From assembly GCA_002269645.1 (NCBI GenBank), contig NIVC01000069.1, forward strand, positions 310,001 through 374,000: a stretch of DNA of 64,000 nt. Reading direction: 5' to 3'. The notes beneath the pieces are model-generated. The model worked only from the letters and a program-made list of their open reading frames with translations, was not told the origin of the DNA and searched no databases. Source of the DNA: Macrostomum lignano (taxonomy: Eukaryota). Positions within the stretch are counted from its first letter, which is position 1, and each line of letters begins with the position of its first letter. This document shows, in pieces, positions 55,801-64,000 of this stretch. The position numbers were made by a program, and so were the translations under genes.

Positions 55801-58800
55801 AAGAATGGAGAAGGGAGAGAGTAGAAAGAAGAGGAGATGGGAGAGCAGGAGAGGTGAGAGATGAGAGGGAGGAGAGAGTAGAGACGAAAGAGAAGAGGTG
55901 AGGGAAGATGGACGAGAGAAGAGGGGAGATATAAGCGAAAATAATTCCGGGGATCAGAATTCCACATGTTCAAAATCCGCGGGTTTCAACAGCTAAGGTA
56001 AAAAAACTGAAAGTGGGGGGCCAATGGGGGGCCCATGGCTTTACAGGGGGGCCTGGGCCCCCTAGCCCCCCCCCCCCCTTGGACGGGCCACTGGCTTTCG
56101 GTAATTAAAACAGAGGATTATAAAGGCTTTAATCGAAACAGTAAGGCGATCTATATAACTTTTATCCCAACACATACATGGGCGAATGCCGCTGAAAAAA
56201 ATTGTAGGGCCAGCGCCAGTTTAATTAGATGCAAATATTTCCAACGGGTATTGTAAACAGTACAATAAATAGACATGGCATGATCAATAAAATTTCCTGT
56301 CAACATTGATGCCCGGTGGCATCTGGTTAATAGATTCGGGTACAGAAGTAAACAACGGGCACATGTCCAATCGGCAGTCTTTTCCGTGGTATTTGAGCCG
56401 CAGTCCGCGTTTTGCTTCTCCCGGTCCATTTTTGAGCCTTGTGCGCTGAAAATTGACATTGACTTCAAGTGAACTCCCTCATCCGGATTTTGTCCGTTTC
56501 ACTATCCGGAAGTTTATCACTGTAAGCCGGATTCACAGCCGGATAAAAAACCGGAACAACTCCGGGTAGAAAGTTATGATACATCCGACTTTCATCCGCT
56601 TCTTATTCCGGTTGGCAGTCCGGTTTTCATCCGCTTATCGACCGGAGCAGGAATCGGACACAATCCGGATAAAATGTGATCAATAAAAACACTTTAATCC
56701 GGTTTTGCTCCGGAGTTTCCTCCGTTTGTTAGTCCGGTAAGAACTGCCGGATCAAAACCGGATAAAAATTCATTTTCGTCCGGAAAAGTCTAAAATTACG
56801 GATTAAACCGGATGAAGGCCGGGTAAATACCGGGTACCGACAGCCAGGCGGGTATCCAAGACCCCAAACTAGTAGAATTCTCATATCTAAGACCCCGCAC
56901 TAGTAGAATCTCATATCCAAGACCCCAAACTAGTAGAATCTCATATCTAAGACCCCAAACTAGTGGAATTCTCATATCTAAGACCCCGCACTAGTAGAAT
57001 CTCATATCTAAGACCCCAAACTAGTGGAATTCTCATATCTAAGACCCCGCACTAGTAGAATCCCATATCCAAGACCCCAAACTAGTAGAATCTCATATCT
57101 AAGACCCCAAACTAGTAGAATCTCATATCTAAGACCCCAAACTAGTGGAATTCTCATATCTAAGACCCGCACTAGTAGAATCTCATATCTAAGACCCCAA
57201 ACTAGTGGAATTCTCATATCTAAGACCCCGCACTAGTAGAATCTCATATCCAAGACCCCAAACTAGTAGAATCTCATATCTAAGACCCCGCACTAGTAGA
57301 ATCTCATATCTAAGACCCCAAACTAGTAGAATCTCATATCTAAGACCCCGCACTAGTATAATCTCATATCCAAGACCCCACACCAATACAATCCCATATC
57401 TAAGACACACACACACACAACTGAATCGCATATCTATGTCCTGCCACTAAAAAGAACAGAATTTAAATTCCTTAGATCTTATAATTCCAAAAAGTGTAGA
57501 ATAATACCAACTTAATGATTCTGCACTCGACAGCAAGGCATTAGTAATCTAAGCCGTATTATAAACAGTCGAAAGTTGGGAACGCTAAGAGTGATGGATT
57601 CAAGAATTTCCCATTAGGCCACAGCAATACCTAAGCTGCTGTACTTAAGCCCCGAATAACCCGATAAATATGCAAAACTGAGGCGAAGAATGTCGGCCAT
57701 TTACCGCCCCGCATTGCTCTGAAGACAAATGGAATGCACGTACTGAAAAAATGTCAATAATGAGCCGCTATGGTTTTGACGTGGACAGCAAGTCTAACAG
57801 GGATAGGCTAACAACTGTGATTCTGTAAAACCTTGCTTAAGTCACAGTCTTCCTAATGTACACTCAGCATGAATGGCGTGCAGGAATGACACCTTTTTCG
57901 GCTCGCAACTTAGAGATAAGATAAGAACCCAGTGCACTTATTGTGTCAGATTTAAACAGGCAATTTCCGATAACTATTGCGAGATTAGAGAGATAAGAGA
58001 AGATAAGAAATCAGTGGATAATTTAATTGTAAAATTAAAGTAAACTCAGGGCGCAGAGAAATTACACGATATAATAGTAATAAAAGGAGCAATCGATTTT
58101 TTATTAAAATGTACTAACTGACTTGGCTAATAGACTAAACTACGGTTTTGCATACATATTTTGTAGATGATTTGATTTCTTATCTCAAGATCAATCGACA
58201 ATGGAATTTAAGCACTTACTAAGGAAGGAGGGAATGAATAGACAATAAACTTAGGATACTTAAATAGCCATTGTACCATGACCTTTGCGCCCGCTGGGCA
58301 CTTATTCTTGCCTTTTAATGCCATAGACTACATTTAAGCCCGCTTGCAGGAAAGAAAGATCGAAATTAGCGGGCAGTTTGAGGTCGGTATGTGATTAAAT
58401 CTCGAGAGCCGAAGGCTCGAGGGATTTAAGTGAAATACCGGCCGACCGAAAAACCCATAGAATATCTTATTTCAACCACTTCAATTTTGCGGGATGCATG
58501 GTTATTAATGTACTATTATGCCTGGGTGAAAGTATAGATCCATTACAAAAAAAGCAGTCTTCTATTGTACAAATTGTCTACAGAAGAGACATGCATTCTT
58601 CCATGCAATGGCTGTATGGGGAAGCTGTTTAGCAACCAGTGAGGAAAAACCGTTCAGACCGAAGCAATTTCCTTAAAAACTCACAGAAAGAAAGAAAAAG
58701 AAAGATCCGGAAGTCAAGACACACAGCTAGGCAGGCCAGCTACTGAACAAAAGTTCCAGATTATAACACTAACGCCAGTTTATAGTAAGATAAATATGAG

Positions 58801-61800
58801 GCAGGACAGCGTGATTGACGTGCCTGACTGGCCAGGCGCGCACGCATAACAGTTCACTAGCTGGCCCATCAACTGAGGATCTTAAAGGCTGGCCCAGAAA
58901 CTGAGGATCTGAGAGGCTGGCCCAGCAACTGAGGATCTGAGAGGCTGGCCCAGCAACTGAGGATCTGAGAGGCTGGCCCAGCAACTGAGGATCTGGGAGG
59001 CTGGCCCAGCAACTGGGGATCTGGGAGGCTGGCCCAGCAACTGAGGATCTGGGAGGCTGGCCCAGTAACTGAGGATCTGTGAGGCTGGCCCAGCAACTGG
59101 GGGATCTGGGAGGCTGGCCCAGCAACTGAGGATCTGTGAGGCTGGCCCAGCAACTGAGGATCTGTGAGGCTGGCCCAGCAACTGACACTCTTGGAGGCTG
59201 GCCCAGAAACTGAGGATCTGTAAGCTGGCAGTGGCCCAACCCAGACTAAAGAGACCCATAATCATACTCACCCAGCAGCCTTTGCACGTGCACAAGCCGT
59301 TCAGTCGTGATGTCGAACAAGCGGAAGCTGCGATGCACGCTAGCTAGCACAATGTGATTGCCATCAGGCGAGAACCGAGAGCAGTGCACGGGGAATCCCG
59401 GCATGTGATGCGAGTGCAGACGGTCGAACACGGGCCTGTCCGGGTCCACCTGGCCGGAGATTATTATTAATAATTAGTTTTGCGGCAGCTCGCAGCTGTG
59501 TAAACGAAGACTGAGAAGCGACAGAAAATACTAGACAGAACAGATATGGCAGACAGCAGGTGCGACAGATTAAAATTAAAATTAGAAACCAGATTTTAAG
59601 TCTGCAGATGAAATTCGGCGGAAATATAGGCTTTTGCAACAAAGCTAATGCTACTACTTAGTTAGTAGCGGTTTGGGCAAACGTATTCGATCTCGCGTCA
59701 CGACCACCGATTCGATTTAGTGCGCGGCCACCTGCATTTGGGGCTTGTCAAGGTGGGCTGTCGTGCCATTCACAGCCATGAGGGCCAACCCCAAAGCTTG
59801 TCAAGGTGGGCTGTCGTGCCATTCACAGCCATGAGGGCCAACCCCAAAGCTTGTCAAGGTGGGCTGTCGTGCCATTCACAGCCATGAGGGCCAACCCCAA
59901 AGCTTGTCAAGGTGGGCTGTCGTGCCATTCACAGCCATGAGGGCCAATCCCAAAGCTTGTCAAGGTGGGCTGTCGTGCCATTCACAGCCATGAGGGCCAA
60001 CCCCAAAGGTTGTCAAGGTGGGCTGTCGTGCCATTCACAGCCATGAGGGCCAACCCCAAAGCTTGTCAAGGAGGGCTGTCGTGCCATTCACAGCCATGAG
60101 GGCCAACCCCAAAGCTTGTCAAGGTGGGCTGTCGTGCCATTCACAGCCATGAGGGCCAACCCCAAAGCTTGTCAAGGTGGGCTGTCGTGCCATTCACAGC
60201 CATGAGGGCCAACCCCAAAGCTTGTCAAGGAGGGCTGCTGTCGTGCCATTCACAGCCATGAGGGCCAACCCCAAAGCTTGTCAAGGAGGGCTGCTGTCGT
60301 GCCATTCACAGCCATGAGGGCCAACCCCAAAGCTTGTCAAGGTGGGCTGTCGTGCCATTCACAGCCATGAGGGCCAACCCCAAAGCTTGTCAAGGAGGGC
60401 TGCTGTCGTGCCATTCACAGCCATGAGGGCCAACCCCAAAGCTTGTCAAGGAGGGCTGTCGTGCCATTCACAGCCATGAGGGCCAACCCCAAAGCTTGTC
60501 AAGGAGGGCTGCTGTCGTGCCATTCACAGCCATGAGGGCCAACCCCAAAGCTTGTCAAGGTGGGCTGTCGTGCCATTCACAGCCATGAGGGCCAACCCCA
60601 AAGCTTGTCAAGGAGGGCTGCTGTCGTGCCATTCACAGCCATGAGGGCCAACCCCAAAGCTTGTCAAGGAGGGCTGCTGTCGTGCCATTCACAGCCATGA
60701 GGGCCAACCCCAAAGCTTGTCAAGGTGGGCTGTCGTGCCATTCACAGCCATGAGGGCCAACCCCAAAGCTTGTCAAGCTTGCCAAGGATGTGCTCAAGAG
60801 TTGTTGCCCCCACAATAAGTATGCAATAAGTAGGCCAGAGGCACAACAAGCCAGTACAAACCTGAAACAATGCAAATCTCTGGTCGGTGCTGGCGGTCAG
60901 GAGGACGCGCGCTTTCGGATTAAATTGCACCGATGTTAATCGCCGATGCGATGGCGACTCCTTATTGGCGTCGGTCAGGCGCTCGTAGTCCAGTCGGCGC
61001 GTCGGCAGGTCGCCGCCGTCTCGCCGGTTAGCCAGAACCTTGGAGTAATAAATTTTTGGTTGGAGAATAGAAAATCCCTCTTCAATTCTTTCCACGGATA
61101 ATCCTACTGAAGATTATTCCCACAGATAATCCCACTGAGGATTATTCCCACAGATAATCCCACTGAGGATTCTTCCCACAGATAATCCAACTGAGGATTC
61201 TTCCCACAGATAATCCCTCTGAGGATTTTTTCCCACAGATAACCCCCTCTGAGGATTCTTACCACAGATAATCCCTCTGAAGATTTTTCCCAAAGATAAT
61301 CCCACTGAGGATTCTTCCCACAGATAATCCAACTGAGGATTCTTCCCACAGATAATCCCACTGAGGATTTTTCCCACAGATAATCCAACTGAGGATTCTT
61401 CCCACAGATAATCCCTCTGAGGATTTTTTCCCACAGATAACCCCCTCTGAGGATTCTTCCCACAGATAATCCCTCTGAGGATTTTTTCCCACAGATAATC
61501 CCTCTGAGGATTTTTTCCCACAGATAATCCCTCTGAGGATTTTTTCCCACAGATAACCCCCTCTGAGGATTCTTACCACAGATTCCCCCTTTGAGGATTC
61601 TTACCACAGATAATCCCTCTGATGATTTTTTCCCACAGATAACCCCTCTGAAGATTCTTCCCACAGATAATCCCAGAGGATTTTTCCCTCATATAAGCCC
61701 ACTGAGGATTCTTCCTACAGATAAACCCTCTAGAGGAATTTTCCCAGAGATAATCACTCTGAGGATTCTTCCCACAGATAATCCCTCTGAGGATTCTTCC

Positions 61801-62838
61801 CACAGATAATCCCACTGAGGATTCTTCCCACAGATAACCCCCTCTGAGGATTCTTCCCACAGATAATCCCTCTGAGGATTCTTCCCACAGATAATCCCTC
61901 TGAGGATTTTTTCCCACAGATAACCCCTCTGAGGATTCTTTCCCACAGATAATCCCTCTGAGGATTATTCCCACAGATAATCCCACTGAGGATTATTCCC
62001 ACAGATAATCCCACTGAGGATTCTTCCCACAGATAATCCAACTGAGGATTCTTCCCACAGATAATCCAACTGAGGATTCTTCCCACAGATAATCCAACTG
62101 AGGATTCTTCCCATTGATAAACCAACCGAGGATTCTTCCCACAGATAACCCCTCTGAGGATTCTTCCCACAGATAATCCCACAGAGGATTCCTCCCACAG
62201 ATAACCCCCTCTGAGTATTCTTCCCACAGATAATCTTTCAAAATGATTATTCCCACAGATAATCCCACTGAAGATTCTTCCCACAGACAATCCCTTTAAA
62301 AATTCTTCCCACAGACCAGTAAAGATTACAGTCTCCCACCAACCTGAACAGCTCGAGCTTCATCATCATCCTCATCTTCCTCGTCACGATCCTTATCCTT
62401 CGACACGGTGGCCAATTTTCGATCGACGTCCAAATAGTGGGGCGTCGGGCCGTAAGCGGCCAGGAACTCCATTCGCCTCTGCCGTTGCCGCCGCTGAAGC
62501 TTGTGCACATTGCTAGAACTCGCCGACTCGATGTCAACATCATCGTCCTCATCGTGCCAAACCTCTTCGGCTAAAGCTTTGCCATTTCTTTTCTTGTCCG
62601 GCTTCCGCTCCTTTGTGGAAGAATCAGACGAAGAAGCGTCGCTATCGGCTTCGTCGCGCTCGTCGTCTGAAGGGACTGACAAGTCGGCCTGATCTGGAAG
62701 CTCGAGACGACGAGCCAACGATTCCGACGGCAGAGTGTCGATAATAAAACCGGCAGGAACGGCGGCTGTCTGTTCGTTGCGTTTGCGCTTTTTTGCACTG
62801 ATAGTTTCAGCGCTTGACTCTGTTGGCATTTGGAGCAT
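52801..62838 (-). CDS. UTP18: U3 small nucleolar RNA-associated protein 18 homolog (WD40, SSU processome), about 510 aa
   Basis: Exons 62838-62344, 61038-60862, 59449-59272, 54400-54297 and 53379-52801, with phases 0,0,1,0 consistent. Acidic N-terminus with VWHDEDD, then RLTDANKE...SVQFNPKARVLLTAS, FVDEGSTGLSSLA, YIACGSTCGIVNLY, FHPSQELL, NFP, DFSPGGGFLCLG and the C-terminal RLSHYSGY*, all matching UTP18 hallmarks. Confidence 0.92.
53450..54058 (+). repeat. About 23-bp minisatellite GAGTGAGTGAGAGGGCGGATTAT, intronic
   Basis: Lies in UTP18 intron 54296-53380. Confidence 0.95.
54938..56852 (+). mobile_element. Non-autonomous TIR DNA element, TA target duplication, CCC...GGG termini, CCGG-rich subterminal regions
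   Basis: Left end TA|CCCGCCGGGCTG and right end CAGCCAGGCGGG|TA form a 12-bp TIR with 1 mismatch. It interrupts the minisatellite unit CTCA-TA-TCCAAG with the TA duplicated. There are dozens of CCGGA/TCCGG motifs at 54950-55265 and 56480-56840. No transposase. Confidence 0.88.
55482..56093 (+). mobile_element. hAT-type MITE nested inside the TA-flanked element
   Basis: TIR CAGGGGCGCGTCCAG vs TTGGACGGGCCACTG (12/15 match), with a perfect 8-bp TSD GCTTTCGG at 55474-55481 and 56094-56101. The interior is AG-rich with G/C runs. Confidence 0.9.
58855..59225 (+). repeat. 26-bp minisatellite GAGGCTGGCCCAGCAACTGAGGATCT, intronic
   Basis: About 14 copies near the UTP18 exon 3 donor. Confidence 0.95.
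59743..60780 (+). repeat. 53/56-bp minisatellite GCTTGTCAAGGTGGGCTGTCGTGCCATTCACAGCCATGAGGGCCAACCCCAAA, intronic
   Basis: About 19 copies in UTP18 intron 60861-59450. Confidence 0.97.
61092..62318 (+). repeat. 28-bp minisatellite CCCACAGATAATCCCTCTGAGGATTCTT, intronic
   Basis: Fills UTP18 intron 62343-61039. Confidence 0.96.
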
Positions 62839-63487
62839 TTTGCTCTGGCTGGAAATGCGATAAGATTGTAAACTAAATGTAACTTTTGCCCAGGTCATCT
62901 AGTCATCAGTGAGGATCCAAAGTGAATCGAACAATAATTGGGTATCTAATTAGTCGGCAACCTAAATCTATAGTTGAAGCTATGACTTCAAGGCTCATTT
63001 AGAAAATTGCTGAGATGTCAAGGCTAACCCGGGGATTGCTGAAGTTTTGTGGTTCTTGAGGGAGATTTCTGAAATGTGGCTCTTGAAGGGAATTCTTGAA
63101 ATGCTGTGGCTCTTGGGAGGAACTTGTGAAAAGTGGCTTTTGGGGGGACTTGCTGAAATATTGTGGCTCTTAGGGGGTTCCTCGGGTGCTGTGAGCCAAA
63201 GCTCATAGAGGATCTTAGGGCGGACGCTTTTTTGCTTTAAAAATCACTTCCCTTTGACAGTATACAAAGTCAAAACCTACATGTGGTTTATACAAAAAGC
63301 AGTCAGAATCTTACCGGAGTATTAAGCATACATAATAAGTAGGTATCCTAAATCTATTGTTTAGGCCACCCGACAGAAAAGAATGATCCCCGGCTCTCGA
63401 ATTAAGGTATTAAGGCAAAACAAAGCTTTAATAATGCATTGAAATTGGCCAATTAATCTGAATATATTATACCTTTATAATGAGAAT

Positions 63488-63776
63488 CATACATGCGCAA
63501 CAGTCGGCCGATCCGGCCGACCGATTTGGCGGCCAATCAAGGAAGTCGCAAAAATTCCCACCCAAAAAATAACCTGAAGAGTAGTACTAAGTAGCTGACG
63601 AGGCATTTTAGCTTAATAAAACAGTCATAGTTACTCCTGCCGTTTACCCAAAGTTGCGTTAATTTTGCTTTCGGGTTTTTTTATATGTAAGTCGCATTTT
63701 TGGCCAAAAACTACGTCGCATTTTTGTTAAAACTAAGTCGCACGGCTGACCGAATTTTGGAGGTTGCACATGTATG
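63488..63776 (+). mobile_element. hAT-type MITE, 289 bp
   Basis: TIR CATACATGCGCAAC vs GTTGCACATGTATG (13/14 match), with a perfect 8-bp TSD ATGAGAAT at 63480-63487 and 63777-63784. Confidence 0.9.
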
Positions 63777-64000
63777 ATGAGAATGAGAATCTTCACAATA
63801 TGCGACAAGGTAAGACACTGAATACGCTACTTCGGTAACTGTACACAAAACAGAGACACAGTAAATGGCATACTAAACGAAGAAAAAAGTTAGAGAAACA
63901 TTACACCAAGAAAAATATTAATAAATCTTCTTATGCTTGAAGTGTCATACCGACAGATATATAACTGATATAACTCAAAAAACCTATAAATTAATAACTT

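Larger units (their letters stand above)
54715..57400 (+). repeat. 30-bp minisatellite CCAAGACCCCAAACTAGTAGAATCTCATAT, split by a transposon insertion
   Basis: Units at about 54715-54937 and 56853-57400 resume in register across the insertion. Confidence 0.92.

Noticed and set aside
39031-60780. CRISPR-like look of the 29-55-bp arrays
   Set aside because: The units are head-to-tail with no unique spacers, there are no cas genes, and the context is eukaryotic intron or intergenic DNA.

Overview
This window is eukaryotic, intron-rich animal DNA, not a prokaryotic locus. GC-rich exons are separated by GT-AG introns, most of which are filled by their own minisatellite. The style resembles the free-living flatworm Macrostomum, but that is an inference and the species is not established. 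I assembled seven genes by hand using splice sites and reading-frame phase. They are: (1) the 5' part of a Venus-flytrap, GABA-B-like class C receptor (minus strand, runs off the left edge); (2) a 10-exon GH35 beta-galactosidase-like gene (plus, about 708 aa); (3) a rhodopsin-type neuropeptide GPCR (minus); (4) a 6-exon, about 674-aa protein I do not recognise (minus); (5) an intronless divergent 7TM receptor (plus); (6) an F-box/LRR-type gene (minus); (7) UTP18 (minus, 5 exons, about 510 aa). Mobile DNA comprises two hAT-type MITEs with 8-bp TSDs, a TA-flanked CCGG-rich non-autonomous element, and a decayed Tc1/IS630-type transposase. Almost all long ORFs in the supplied track are artefacts of tandem repeats. 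The best leads are a GH35 enzyme that keeps both catalytic glutamates but has a rewritten sugar-binding pocket, splice acceptors supplied by minisatellite units, possible spliced-leader trans-splicing with AUG donation, and visible minisatellite birth and nesting events. I found no clear-cut new multi-gene system.
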